A stretch of 64,000 bases of DNA from positions 1,030,469 to 1,094,468 of the forward strand of contig OZ244626.1 in NCBI GenBank assembly GCA_965218495.1. The letters run 5' to 3'. The position numbers and the translations under genes are program-made. Under the pieces are notes generated by a model that saw only the letters and a program-made list of their open reading frames with translations, had not been told where the DNA came from and searched no databases. How positions within the stretch are numbered: position 1 is the first letter of the stretch; every line of letters starts with the position of its first letter. Below, in pieces: positions 9,762 through 21,100 of this stretch. Source of the DNA: Rhodothermales bacterium (lineage in GTDB: Bacteria > Bacteroidota > Rhodothermia > Rhodothermales > Bin80).

Positions 9762-9898
9762 AAACCTTTTGCGCGAACCGCAGTATCAGCGAGCTAGAGT
9801 CAACACGCACGCATATAGGCGCAACTGCTACCGAATACCCAGTTTGTCGCATTGCGGATGCCAGGCATCTGCCTAAGTACCACGAAATCGTAAGGCGC

Positions 9899-12800
9899 GT
9901 GCGTTTGCGTAAGGTCAGTATTGTCTTGCTGTTGGCAAGTGCGCTTGCTGCTATTGGGGCGCATGCTCAGCAAGTCCAATTCCGTCAGGTGGAGGCAGAG
10001 GACACCAGGGAGGTCTACGAGCTTCTCGCCTCATGGAGCAGCCCGCTGGTGCAGCAAAGCGAGCCCCTTGATGCCAACGGGCTGCGGATCCTTACGCAGG
10101 GCGGACTCTTCGAGCGTACCGCTACCCTGCATTTGGCCACGCTGGCCCAACCTGCGGTGCGTGTCCTGGCGGCCGACTTTGATGAGGTTGCAGCGACGGT
10201 GCAACCTGAAGTGGTGCACCCGATGGGTGGCCTCCCCGCGGAGGTCGTAGGGCTTGGCCTGCATCGAAAATCACCTGCAGCCACGCTGGTGGTTCGCACA
10301 GTGACATTTGACGGCACCGTGCTTAGGCGCTACCGCCGCCTGTTGGTTGAAGTCACCTGGGCTGGAGGGCCTGCCGTGCAGCCTGCAGGCAATAACCCGC
10401 ACCTCAGCGTGAGCGAGAGCGTGCTGGCTTCAGGTACGATATTCAAGATTCCAATTGTGCAGGAAGGCATCTACCAGATTGACCGGACCTTCTTGGCTGC
10501 GTTGCCAGGACTCGGCATGAGCCCGAACTCCATAGATCCACGGGACGTTAGGGTCTACGGCAACGGGGGAATGCCCGTGCCGGCCCTCAATAGCGATCCA
10601 AGACTGGCTGACCTGGTCGAAATCCAGGTCTTCGTACAAGGCGGCGGAGACGGCTCTTTTGACAACGGTGATGCAGTGTGGTTCTATGGGGCCGGCCCTT
10701 CGGGCTGGCGTAGTGTGCACCTTCGTGACAGCCGAAGTGAGCTGCGCTACGACACATCAGGCAGCCCCATTGTGGAGTGGCAGCACTATGTGCATCCCTA
10801 TTCAAATGAGAACTACTACTTCATCAAAATTGACGATCAGGACAACACCGAGTTCACGCAGGCATTGTATCCTGGTGTGGCGGGAGCGACTGAGCTCACG
10901 CAGGTCCTGGGGCGCCACTACGTGGACTTTGATGAGTTTCTCTGGGCTCGAAGCGGCGAGAGCGGCCATACGTGGGTCAGCAGACCAATTCAGGACAGGG
11001 GCACCCTGACTGTGCTTGACAACGTGCCACTGCCCGGTCTCCAAAGCGGGAAGATCGCCTATCATGCTCGGCCCGCGATCAAGAGCAACCCGGCTGCTTC
11101 GGTTTTTTTTCTCTCTGGGAGCACCACGCTGGCCAGCGTGAATTTTGGGGCTACTTTCGGCAGCAGCGCTACCACCCCCATTGCGCGCACGGGTGTGGCT
11201 GTCTTTGAACAAGATGTCAGCGCCAGCCAGCAGGTTTCCATGACTATGGAGATTGAGAATATCGCAGGCGGGCCGCAAGCTGCCCTGGACTGGCTACGCG
11301 CATACTACCCGATGGTACCGGCACGGTCCGAACCTCCCCTGCGCCTGCATACGCCGCTGAAGACGGCAGGCACGTTCACGTTGACACTCCAGGGGTTTGC
11401 CACAGAGCCCTTTGTGCTGGACATCACCACACCGGGCGCATACACCTGGCTGGGCACGGAGCGGGTCGGCAATGATTATCGCATTCAGGCTACGTCGGAC
11501 GAAATCCTTGCGCCCAGAGAGCTCATTGCCTTTGATGCCGGGCATGTCACGCCCCTGGTTGCCGCTGAATTGTGCCCTGCTGACATCGGATGCCGGGTTG
11601 CGCAACAAAACCTGCACGGCATCGCTGCCTACCCGGACTTTGTCATCATCACGCCGGCGGAATTTGCCAATCAGGCGGAGGAGCTTGCCACGATTCGTCG
11701 CAATGAAGGACTCACCGTCGAAGTCATTGACGTGCAGCAGATCTACAACGAGTTTTCCGGCGGGCTGCAGGATGTGCGCGGCATCCGTGATTATCTGAAA
11801 TTCCTCTACGACCGCGCGCCCAGCGAGGACGAGCTGCTCCGGTATGTTCTCTTTTTCGGCGATGGCCATTACAACTATCGCTCCATCAATGTGGACGAAA
11901 ACGTGCTGACCAACTGGATTCCGCCCTTCGAAACCGAGGAGTCCTTTGTCCCGGAGACGTCCTATACCACTGACGACTACTTCGGGCTATTGGATGACAA
12001 CGAAGGGCTGTGGCCGTTTGTGCGTCAGAGCTTTCGTGGGCCCAGTGCCTATCTGAACGAACGCGTGGACCTAGGCATCGGGCGCTTAACAGTTACGACA
12101 CAGCAGCAGGCGCAAACGGTGCTTGATAAGATTAAGCACTACGAGAGCCCACAGAACTTTGGCCCTTGGCGCAAACGCTACGTTTTTCTGGCTGACGATG
12201 GTCCCACGGGCGCCGCAGGCACGCAGGACGACAAGGACCTGCATACGCAGAATACGGATGTGGTTGCCGAGATGGTGGAAGAGGTGGCCCCGTATATCAA
12301 TCAAAAAAAGGTCTACGGCATATCGTACCCTCGGGAATTCTTAAATGGCTGGAGGATGCCGCGTGCTCGACAGGACGTCCTGACAGCGATCAATGATGGT
12401 GTATTGATGTTCAACTTCAGCGGCCATGGCAATGAGCATGGGCTGGCGCAGGAAGATCTATTCAACGCCGACGATGCGGTTTCGCTGACGAACTACGATG
12501 TCCTGCCCATCTTCATTACGGCGACATGCTCTTTTGGGCGGTGGGATCAGTCGGATACCCAGAGCGGGGCGGAGGTGCTCCTGCTCAGCAGTCAGGGTGG
12601 CGCCATCGCGCTGCTGACGACGGTGCGCACAGTGTACACTTCGGGTGATGCGTCAAGCCTTAACGTGGGCCTGAATGTCGCGCTGAACAAAGAGCTGTTT
12701 CAAAGAGGAGCGGACGGGCTCATGCCTCGTCTGGGCGATGCGCTTCTTTCGACAAAAAATGTGCGTGTTGGGTACGAGGGCAACAACCGGAAGTTCAACC

Positions 12801-13936
12801 TCTTGGGCGATCCGACACTGCGTGTCGGTGTACCTGCTCCACATGTCGTGGTGGAGTCCGTCAATGGCGTAGATGTGACACAAGGGACAACGGACATCAA
12901 AGCGCTTGAGCGCGTCACGCTGGAAGGTCGCATTGAAACGGTTGATCGGCAGTTTGATGCGTCATTTGACGGCACGGTAACCCTGACCGTCTTCGACGCA
13001 GAGCGACGTGTGGCGATTCCACCCGACATTCGGCGTCACATGCTCAATCCATACTATCGGGTACGCGAGGACCTTATCTGGGCCGGCCGCACCAAGGCGA
13101 AGGCAGGGCGCTTTGCGGCCACCTTCGTGGTGCCTAAGGACATTTCTTACAGTGACAAGCCGGGGCGTATCTCGGTCTATGCCGCCAGCGACCAGTCGCA
13201 CGCGCAGGGGTATACTGATAACATCATTGTAGGCGGAACGGCAGGCGAGTTCCCCGATGATGACCTGGGCCCCGTCATAGAACTATACCTGGGTGACGAA
13301 ACGTTTACTACGGGCGGCCTCACTACAAGCACGCCCGAAGTGCTCGCCAAAATCTTTGATGAAAGTGGTGTCAACACGGTCGGTGCGGGCGTGGGCCATG
13401 AGATGCTGCTGGTGCTGGATGAAAACGAAGAGGACGCGGTGAAGGTCGGTGCGCTCTACGAGAGCGAAGAAAATTCGTACCAACGTGGCACGGTGCAATA
13501 CAAATTCAACGAACCATTGACTCCGGGCATGCATACGCTGTCCATGCGCGCCTGGGATGTGCTAAACAACTCAGGTTCGAGCACGCTCGAGTTTGTGGTA
13601 GCCGATGAAGCACAGCTGGTGGTACGCAACGTCCTCAACTATCCCAATCCGACCACCGGGCCGACCCGGTTCGTGTTCGAGCATAACCAGGTGCCTGGCA
13701 CGCCCGTCAGCGTGCAAGTGCGCATCTATTCGCTAGCCGGGCGCCCTGTGCGCACGATAGAGACCGATGACGCGCTTCCCGGCGGTGCGATGCAGATCAT
13801 CTGGGATGGCACAGATGATGATTATGCCAGGCTGCCTCCCGGCGTGTACCTATACAAGGTACGCGTCGAGACGCTAGGTAGCGGAGGTGAGCGCCAGGTT
13901 TCTGAAATCATCGAGAGGCTAGCCATCATTCGCTAA
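9899..13936 (+). CDS. porU: T9SS sortase PorU (peptidase C25 family)
   Basis: GTG start and signal peptide. Gingipain-like core with FSGHGNEHG (His) and TATCSFGRWD (Cys). C-terminal T9SS CTD (NYPNPTTGPTRFVFE...RIYSLAGRPV...YLYKVRV). Followed by porV. Confidence 0.9.
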   Translation: MRLRKVSIVLLLASALAAIGAHAQQVQFRQVEAEDTREVYELLASWSSPLVQQSEPLDANGLRILTQGGLFERTATLHLATLAQPAVRVLAADFDEVAATVQPEVVHPMGGLPAEVVGLGLHRKSPAATLVVRTVTFDGTVLRRYRRLLVEVTWAGGPAVQPAGNNPHLSVSESVLASGTIFKIPIVQEGIYQIDRTFLAALPGLGMSPNSIDPRDVRVYGNGGMPVPALNSDPRLADLVEIQVFVQGGGDGSFDNGDAVWFYGAGPSGWRSVHLRDSRSELRYDTSGSPIVEWQHYVHPYSNENYYFIKIDDQDNTEFTQALYPGVAGATELTQVLGRHYVDFDEFLWARSGESGHTWVSRPIQDRGTLTVLDNVPLPGLQSGKIAYHARPAIKSNPAASVFFLSGSTTLASVNFGATFGSSATTPIARTGVAVFEQDVSASQQVSMTMEIENIAGGPQAALDWLRAYYPMVPARSEPPLRLHTPLKTAGTFTLTLQGFATEPFVLDITTPGAYTWLGTERVGNDYRIQATSDEILAPRELIAFDAGHVTPLVAAELCPADIGCRVAQQNLHGIAAYPDFVIITPAEFANQAEELATIRRNEGLTVEVIDVQQIYNEFSGGLQDVRGIRDYLKFLYDRAPSEDELLRYVLFFGDGHYNYRSINVDENVLTNWIPPFETEESFVPETSYTTDDYFGLLDDNEGLWPFVRQSFRGPSAYLNERVDLGIGRLTVTTQQQAQTVLDKIKHYESPQNFGPWRKRYVFLADDGPTGAAGTQDDKDLHTQNTDVVAEMVEEVAPYINQKKVYGISYPREFLNGWRMPRARQDVLTAINDGVLMFNFSGHGNEHGLAQEDLFNADDAVSLTNYDVLPIFITATCSFGRWDQSDTQSGAEVLLLSSQGGAIALLTTVRTVYTSGDASSLNVGLNVALNKELFQRGADGLMPRLGDALLSTKNVRVGYEGNNRKFNLLGDPTLRVGVPAPHVVVESVNGVDVTQGTTDIKALERVTLEGRIETVDRQFDASFDGTVTLTVFDAERRVAIPPDIRRHMLNPYYRVREDLIWAGRTKAKAGRFAATFVVPKDISYSDKPGRISVYAASDQSHAQGYTDNIIVGGTAGEFPDDDLGPVIELYLGDETFTTGGLTTSTPEVLAKIFDESGVNTVGAGVGHEMLLVLDENEEDAVKVGALYESEENSYQRGTVQYKFNEPLTPGMHTLSMRAWDVLNNSGSSTLEFVVADEAQLVVRNVLNYPNPTTGPTRFVFEHNQVPGTPVSVQVRIYSLAGRPVRTIETDDALPGGAMQIIWDGTDDDYARLPPGVYLYKVRVETLGSGGERQVSEIIERLAIIR

Positions 13937-13955
13937 CGTACATCAATCAATTTCT

Positions 13956-15158
13956 ATGGTAATGCACTCTTATTCTCTAGGCCGATTGCATGCGCAAACC
14001 CTTGTACTGCTGGCTGTGACGGCAGGTCTGCTGCCATTGGCACGGCCCCTGCAGGCCCAGATCGGAGGGGCTGCGGTTGTGTTCCTGATGATTGAGCCGG
14101 ACAGCCGTTCGGCCGGCATGGGCAATGCAGGTGTAGCGCTGGCAGACAACGCTAACGCGATATTCTGGAATCCTGCAGGTCTTGCAGACCAGCGTGGTAT
14201 GGAGATTGGCATCACGCACTCGAACTGGCTACCGGAATTCAACGCCGGTCTTTACTACGAATACTTAGTTGCTAAGCAACATTTTCAGGGATGGGGCACA
14301 TTTGGAGGCCACCTCACCTACCTGTACCTCGGTGAGCATGATCACCGCGATGCGCAGAACCAGGATTTGGGCACGTTTAGATCGTACGACCTTGCGGCTG
14401 GGCTTTCCTGGGGAGGCAAGGCTTTTAAGAACCTCTCCGTAGGTACCGGGGTACGCCTGATCTATTCCAGCCTAGCCAATGTGTCGGTAGGTGCCCAAAA
14501 GACCAACCCGGGTGTCTCCGTAGGCGTAGACGCTGCAGCACTGTACAAGGCACCTGAATTCTGGCTCGGGCTCACCACAATTAACTACAATGTGGGCTTT
14601 AACCTAGCCAACATGGGGCCGAAGATCCAGTACTCCGACAGCGAGCAGGGCGACCCCATTCCGACCTATCTGCGCTTTGGGCATGCGCTCACATTCAGGT
14701 TCGACGACTACAACAAGATCACTCTGGCCAACGATTTTTCGAAGATCCTCACGCGCCAGCGGGTGAGCGAAGTCTGCCTAGACCCCACCGACAGCGAAAC
14801 CTGTGACCTTGAATACGATGCAGACCCTTTCTACAAAGCCATCTTTTCGGCTTGGACGCCGATATCGGTAGCCCGTGGTGCGGCCGACGACGATGAGCAG
14901 AAGCTTGAGTCGCTATCCATAGTTGATCAGCTACTGATCTCTACCGGGTTTGAGTATTGGTATCACGATCTGTTTGCTGCGCGAGCGGGGTATTTCTACG
15001 AAAACCCCTACAACGGGGACCGCCAGTTTTTGACCTTCGGTACGGGCCTGCGGTGGAACATCGTGGGCGTAGACTTCTCGTATATATACGCACTGGAGGA
15101 GAACCACCCGCTAGCCAATACGATGCGTTTCTCGCTTTTACTCAATCTGGCCCGCTAG
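13956..15158 (+). CDS. porV: T9SS outer-membrane shuttle/channel protein PorV (LptO)
   Basis: Signal peptide followed by FLMIEPDSRSAGMGNAGVALADNANAIFWNPAGL, the hallmark N-terminal motif of the PorV family. 400-aa barrel-like protein 19 nt after porU. Confidence 0.9.
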   Translation: MVMHSYSLGRLHAQTLVLLAVTAGLLPLARPLQAQIGGAAVVFLMIEPDSRSAGMGNAGVALADNANAIFWNPAGLADQRGMEIGITHSNWLPEFNAGLYYEYLVAKQHFQGWGTFGGHLTYLYLGEHDHRDAQNQDLGTFRSYDLAAGLSWGGKAFKNLSVGTGVRLIYSSLANVSVGAQKTNPGVSVGVDAAALYKAPEFWLGLTTINYNVGFNLANMGPKIQYSDSEQGDPIPTYLRFGHALTFRFDDYNKITLANDFSKILTRQRVSEVCLDPTDSETCDLEYDADPFYKAIFSAWTPISVARGAADDDEQKLESLSIVDQLLISTGFEYWYHDLFAARAGYFYENPYNGDRQFLTFGTGLRWNIVGVDFSYIYALEENHPLANTMRFSLLLNLAR

Positions 15159-15172
15159 CACGGGGCGTGCAT

Positions 15173-18115
15173 ATGGGCGCCGGGACTCGTGCCCTGTGCA
15201 TAGTGTTTATGGCAGTTTGGGCGGCAGTGGGCGCCCGCGCCCAAGTGCATTCACACTACGATGTGGTTGCGCTCCGGGTGGAGTTTCAGCCGGACACCAC
15301 GCGCTTCACAACTGGAGACGGGACGCTTGATGGGTTGCGGTGGGGGAGCGGACTGGATCCCAAGGTCGATCCGCTTCCGCATGATTCCGGATACTTTCAG
15401 GCGCATCTCACTTTCCTGGAGGATTATGTCCGGAGCGTTTCAGGCGGGCGCACCACGCTGAATACCTACCTTGCGCCAGACGTTGTTCGCGTTGCGCATG
15501 AAATGGGAACCTACAGCCCCGTAGGTATGGGGGCGGACAGCGACACGGAGCGGATCAAGCTTGTGCGCCTGGTAGAGGAGGCCTGGTCACTGGCCAATGG
15601 CCCAAGCCAGCTCGACTTGTCTCGCCTAGATCCGGATCGGACCTTTTTTGTGCTATTCCACGCCGGGGTGGGGCGAGACGTGGAGTTGTTGGGCACGGTT
15701 CTCGAAAAGACTCCCTTGGATCTTCCATCACTCTACTTCAGTGAATCCGAGCTCTTGCGCCTGGGCGTCACGGGCCTTGCGTACAGTAACCTACCTGTCA
15801 CGAACAGCGCTATCGTGCCACGCACGGAGTCCCGCCTGGGGTACAACAGCATCACGCAGGATTCGCTGCTGCTGGAACTGTCCATCAACGGCCTTTTGGC
15901 ATCGAGCTTTTTCAGTTTCCTAGGTGTGCCGGATCTCTTCAACACTGCGACCGGGGAGTCGGCCATTGGTGGATTCGGACTCATGGACCCGCAGGGCATC
16001 TTTGCGTATGCGGGAATGATACCGCCGGCACCGACGGCATGGACCCGGCAGCGCCTCGGCTGGCTTGAGCCGCTGCAGCTCCAGGGGCCTGGGCCAATTC
16101 AGGTTACGCTGCCTACTGGCAGTGCCGCGCGCGCCAGTGTTTCGACGGCGGAGTACTTTCTCATCGAGAATCGCCAGCGTGATGCGGATGGGGACGGCCT
16201 GGTGCTGCGCGTGTGGCAAGACGGACACATTGTTGAGCAGCGAGTGGACGCCATCTCAGACACCTTTAGCCGCTTCAATGTAGATGCATTTGTAGGTGGC
16301 GTCGTAGTGGGCGCCGACGACTATGACTTTGCCTTGCCAGGCCGCGACGCCGACGGCATGGAGTACGCGGGCGGAATTCTAATCTGGCATGTGGACGAGC
16401 GGGTCATAGCGACAGGGCAGGTGAATGCAAACCCGGACTTCCGTGGGCTTGATCTGGAAGAAGCCGATGCGGCCCAGGACCTCGGGCATAACAATACCCC
16501 GGGTTCGCCGTTTGACTTTTTCTTTGAAGGCAACGATGTCCGGGCGGTCCTGCCGAGCGGACGCGAAATTCAGTTCTACGAGAATCGATTCGGGCCCACT
16601 ACCACGCCGTCGAGCATTGCGAATGATGGCGGGGAGAGTTTCATCACGCTGACGGACTTTTCTGCGCCGGGACCTGCGATGACGTTTACTTACCAGCAGA
16701 AGGCTGCGTATGGTATTCGCCCGGAAGAGGATGTCAGCCTTGGTGCAGCCGTAGGGAGAGGCAGCTCCGTGGGTGGGGGTGAAGGTTTCACGTTTGTGTT
16801 CCAGCAAGGAACACCCAACCGTGTCACGATCTTGATGGACGACTCATCGTTCAGCATGGTATCGCATGTGCGCCCCGTGGCCGTGAGGAACACGATCACT
16901 GTGCTGCAGGAGGGCGACGTAGCAGGTGGACAAGCACTAAAGACGATTGGCTTGCCCGACCAGGGGATCACGGAGGTGCGTCCACTGCCGGCGTCTCTGT
17001 TGGAATACGTCGCACAGGGCCCGCTGATTGCATCCGAAGACGGCGCCATACATGTGCTGCTTACCAACGAGGCGGAAACAGCCTTGCTGACAGCTCATGT
17101 TGGTGGGGCCATGGAGACGCAAAAGTTTCCGGCCGGTGGCATGGGTCTCGCATTGGCGCCGGATGGCACTGTGCTGGTCATCGGTCGAACGTACGTTGCG
17201 AGGGCCAGCGGCGCCATGCTGTGGACATTTGATGAGGGGGGCAAGGCGGCGTTTGCCGAAAGCCCCGACGGGCTCCTGGGCGCTATGACGGTGCCGGCGG
17301 CAAACGCCGTACGCATCCTGGCCACCAGGCACCATGCCATCACGATAGATGTTACAGCGTATGTGGGCGAGCCTGCAACGCTTTCAGACTACGTCACGCT
17401 GGCGGACCTTGACGCAGACGGCGCGCACGAGGTAGTGACAACGGCGGGCGAACACCTTTTGGCCTTTGAGCTTGGCGGCGCTATGGCGGCTGGATTTCCT
17501 GTTCGGCTGGGCGCCACGCTGATTGGGCAACCACTGGTAACGTCACGCACTGAGGGCGTTGCCTTGATGTTGGTCGCTTCAACCAATGGTCTGGTCTATG
17601 CTGTTGAAGGCGGCAGGCAGGTGCCTGGCTTTCCGCTGAGCGTGGGTGGAAGCATTCTGGCAACCCCTCGCCTGTCGGAAGGGCGCCTAGAAGTGGCTAC
17701 GTCCGAGGGCGTGCTGCGCACGTACTCCATGGCCGACACCGGGGTCCTGCTTTGGGGGGAGCAGCACCAAAACAGCGCCAACACGAACTTTGCTGCTCCA
17801 GCCACTCCAGCCACACCGCCTGCCGGGGCCAGACTACTCGTAGCCAGCGAAACCTACAACTGGCCCAACCCGGTGAGGAAGGGCGTAACATTTTTGCGCC
17901 TGATGACCTCGGTGGATGCGGCAGTGAGTGTCACCATCGTGGACATGGCGGGCACCGTAGTACATGAATCCGCCTTTGACGTGCGAAGCGGCAGCCCCGC
18001 GGAATACCGGTGGCAAGCCGCCATTGAGAGCGGGCTGTACTTTGCGCGCATAAGGGCCACAAGCTCTGATGGGCGCACCGATACACGCCTGGTCAGAATC
18101 GCTGTGATCCGGTGA
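15173..18115 (+). CDS. T9SS CTD-sorted protein with M6-like (immune-inhibitor-A-type) protease-fold domain lacking HExxH, plus FG-GAP/propeller-like region
   Basis: Start at the internal Met (MGAGTRALCIVFMAVWAAVGARAQ signal peptide). M6-like landmarks are VVALRVEFQPD, LFHAGVGRD, LGVPDLF, GGFGLMD, LGWLEP, ILIWHVDE and LEEADAAQDL. The position expected for HEFGH reads SSFFS. FG-GAP-like DLDADGAHEVV and repeated GFP motifs. CTD NWPNPVRKGVTFL...GLYFARIRA. Confidence 0.75.
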   Translation: MGAGTRALCIVFMAVWAAVGARAQVHSHYDVVALRVEFQPDTTRFTTGDGTLDGLRWGSGLDPKVDPLPHDSGYFQAHLTFLEDYVRSVSGGRTTLNTYLAPDVVRVAHEMGTYSPVGMGADSDTERIKLVRLVEEAWSLANGPSQLDLSRLDPDRTFFVLFHAGVGRDVELLGTVLEKTPLDLPSLYFSESELLRLGVTGLAYSNLPVTNSAIVPRTESRLGYNSITQDSLLLELSINGLLASSFFSFLGVPDLFNTATGESAIGGFGLMDPQGIFAYAGMIPPAPTAWTRQRLGWLEPLQLQGPGPIQVTLPTGSAARASVSTAEYFLIENRQRDADGDGLVLRVWQDGHIVEQRVDAISDTFSRFNVDAFVGGVVVGADDYDFALPGRDADGMEYAGGILIWHVDERVIATGQVNANPDFRGLDLEEADAAQDLGHNNTPGSPFDFFFEGNDVRAVLPSGREIQFYENRFGPTTTPSSIANDGGESFITLTDFSAPGPAMTFTYQQKAAYGIRPEEDVSLGAAVGRGSSVGGGEGFTFVFQQGTPNRVTILMDDSSFSMVSHVRPVAVRNTITVLQEGDVAGGQALKTIGLPDQGITEVRPLPASLLEYVAQGPLIASEDGAIHVLLTNEAETALLTAHVGGAMETQKFPAGGMGLALAPDGTVLVIGRTYVARASGAMLWTFDEGGKAAFAESPDGLLGAMTVPAANAVRILATRHHAITIDVTAYVGEPATLSDYVTLADLDADGAHEVVTTAGEHLLAFELGGAMAAGFPVRLGATLIGQPLVTSRTEGVALMLVASTNGLVYAVEGGRQVPGFPLSVGGSILATPRLSEGRLEVATSEGVLRTYSMADTGVLLWGEQHQNSANTNFAAPATPATPPAGARLLVASETYNWPNPVRKGVTFLRLMTSVDAAVSVTIVDMAGTVVHESAFDVRSGSPAEYRWQAAIESGLYFARIRATSSDGRTDTRLVRIAVIR

Positions 18116-21100
18116 GGGTGCTACATGCCATAGCGCTCGCGACGCTCGCCCTGTGGGCGCCCCCGGCTTGGGGGCAGGTGTCCGTGTCCCTCATGGAGTT
18201 TGCGCGACCGGGACTGCAGTGGCACGCGATTGAGACCGATCACTTCACCGTGCTTTACCACGCAGAGGGAACAGGGGGCAGCAGCGAGCGGTCGGCACGT
18301 GAGGTAGCCCGGATCGCCGAATCGGTCTACGGACCCATCACCGCGCTCTACGATCACAAGCCGTCCGGGAAGGTCCACATCATCCTCAAGGACTTCGAGG
18401 ACTACTCCAATGGCGCTGCGTACTTCTATGACAACAAGATAGAAATCTGGGCGCCGGCGCTGGACTCGCCGCTGCGTGGCGATCATGCGTGGCTACATAA
18501 CGTGGTGGCTCACGAATTCACGCATATCGTGCAGGTTCAAGTGGCCATGAAGATGCCGCGCGCGCTGCCCTTCGCCTACCTCCAGATACTCGACTACGAG
18601 AACGTTCGCCGCCCGGATGTCCTCTATGGCTATCCCAATGTCATTGTCAGCTATCCGATCGCCGGACTCAGCAACCCGGCTTGGCTGGCGGAAGGCACCG
18701 CGCAGTTCCAGCGCACCTTCATGAACTTTGACCGATGGGACACGCATCGCGACATGCTCTTGCGCACGCGCGTCCTGGCACGGCAGACGTTGTCGCTCGC
18801 CGAGATGGGGAGCTTCTACTCTAAGTCGAGCCTGATGCGGGAGGGTGTCTACAACCATGGTTATGCTTTTACCCGGTATCTGGCGCACAAATATGGGGAA
18901 CCTATACTCGCCGACCTCAGCCGTGCGCTCGCCCGTTGGCGCAACTGGAATGTGGAGAGAGCACTCAAGGAGGTCACCGGGCGCAGTGCCGATTCAGTCT
19001 ATGGGGACTGGATGGATGGGCTAGAAGCAGCATACGGCGTGGCTGCAGCACCCATGCGGGAGGCTATGGTTCAGGGCAGGCTGGTCGAAACACGCGGCCA
19101 CGCGAACTACCACCCGGCCTTTTCGCCTGACGGCACAACGGTGGCTTACGTTTCCAGCGGCGATCGCCACTATGGCCAGACAAGCTTGTATGTGCAAGAC
19201 TTGGCATCGGGAGAGCTGTCGGCTTTCGAACTGGGCACCCGCACGCCGGCCTATACCTGCGCGCTGGGTCATCGGCTCCGCCGCAATGTGGGCGGTAGCG
19301 TGACTTGGCGGCCGGACGGCAAGGCCATCGTGTATGCGCGACGGCGGACGACCCAAGCAGGATACTTGTATGGAGATCTGTACGAGATAACGTTGGAATC
19401 TGAGAAGGAAGTGCGGCTGACCCATGATGCCCGCGCTTCACATCCCGCATATGCGCCCAACGGGCGTCGCATTGCGTTCGTGAGCCAGCGTGATGGCAGC
19501 ACGAATGTGACGGTGCTGGAAACAGCGTCCGGCAACGCGCGAAGCGTGACCTCTTTTGTTGACGGCACGCAGGTCAGCGACCCGGCTTGGCAGGGCGAGT
19601 GGATATACTTCGCGCTACTGGAACCGGGCGCGCATGGTCGTGACCTCTGGCGGGTGCATGCCGATGGGACGGGTCTGGAAAGCGTGCTGGCTACGGCTGA
19701 CGACGAGCGCTCGCCGGCCATTCGGGGGGACGACCTCTACTACAGCGCAGATGCAACGGGCATCTACAACGTGTACCGCAAGACGGCGGATCATACAGAG
19801 CAACTCACGCAGGTTCTAGGCGGAGCCTTTATGCCCAACGTGAGAGCGGATGGCGCTATCATCTATGCCCACTACCAGTGGGACGGATATAAGATTGCGC
19901 TCCTGGAAGCGCCCGCTCCGATTGCTGCGCCGATTCACTACGAGGTGCCAGAGTTTCCTGGGAAGGTGGCACAGCCTGACGCCATGGCAGTCCTGAAGCC
20001 CAGCACTGCGGCCGGAATGGACAGCACGCGCCGCTATGCAGCGGACTTCACCGCGTTCAGCTTCTTTCCGGTACTGCGCTTGGACCAGTATGTCTCGCGT
20101 CGAGCAAACAACCTGGACCGCAGACTGCCCGAGCGCAGCCGCGCCGGCACGCTCTTCCGCAACACCAAGATGGGCTTTTATACCTCCAGCCGAGAAATGC
20201 TGGAGGGCATGAGCCTGTTCGCCGGCCTAATGGTTGGGCCAGGGTCCCGCCCGGTGGACTCGTTTGCCGACGCCATCTCCCCGTCCAACCTGCTGTCTTT
20301 GGAGCGCGACGCGTTCCTGATATTTGATTACAGACGAGGATTCCGCATCATCCCTGCGCGATGGTCACCACAGCTGTCTGTGGAGCTGTTCAACATCAGG
20401 CGCCACGTCGAAAACGGGCTGTCGATCGAGGAATTCCCGTGTACGGCATGCTTTCCTGACACAACGCTGACGGATCTGACCTATGCGCTCTGGGAGGGAA
20501 GCATATACGTCAGGAGCAAGGTCAGCCGGAATCTTGTGGTGGAGGGCGGATATCGGTACAGCCCCTATCGCGTAGTGACGGACCAATTCTTTTCCAGAGA
20601 GCTACTTCAGCCCATTCCCAAGTCTTCTTCCCGGTATTTCATCGGGCGAACGGGCCTTCTGAAAGTATACTTCGAGGCCCTCTCCTCGCACCGCGAAGCC
20701 GACCTCTTGCCTATTGGGCTCACGGTGGACTTGGCGTACGAGCGAGAGTCGGGGCACCTCATTGACCGCTTTGATATACGCAATGGTTTTCTGGTCCCGA
20801 TATATCGGCGCGACCAGTTTCATCGCCTCAGGCTGGGTGCACAGTGGGGCATGCGCCTGCCAGGCCGCGTGCGTGGCGCCACGCATGGCGCTTCGCTGCG
20901 CATGCATGGGTCCGCCATCTTGGGAAAGAGCCGCGACAACTTCTACGATGACTATGTGGGCGGACTGAGCGGGGCGCGTGGATACCCATTCTATGCGCTA
21001 GGCGGCAATAAAGCAATTTGGCTGCAGGCTTCGTATTCAGTGCCGGTTTTTCCAGACATCGGGCGACAGCTGTTCTTTACCTACCTGGACAAGATGTACC

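Noticed and set aside
14038-14053. Good sigma-54 consensus match TGGCACGGCCCCTGCA inside porV, and a weaker one at 44-59 inside the TPR gene.
   Set aside because: Both lie within coding sequence (the porV signal-peptide codons and the TPR gene) with no downstream gene start to serve. The 44-59 site also has the wrong GG-GC spacing.
14957-15172. 72-codon upstream extension of the CTD protein ORF overlapping the end of porV.
   Set aside because: The extension overlaps porV by about 200 nt and is not protein-like. A clean signal peptide starts at Met 15173, 14 nt after the porV stop.
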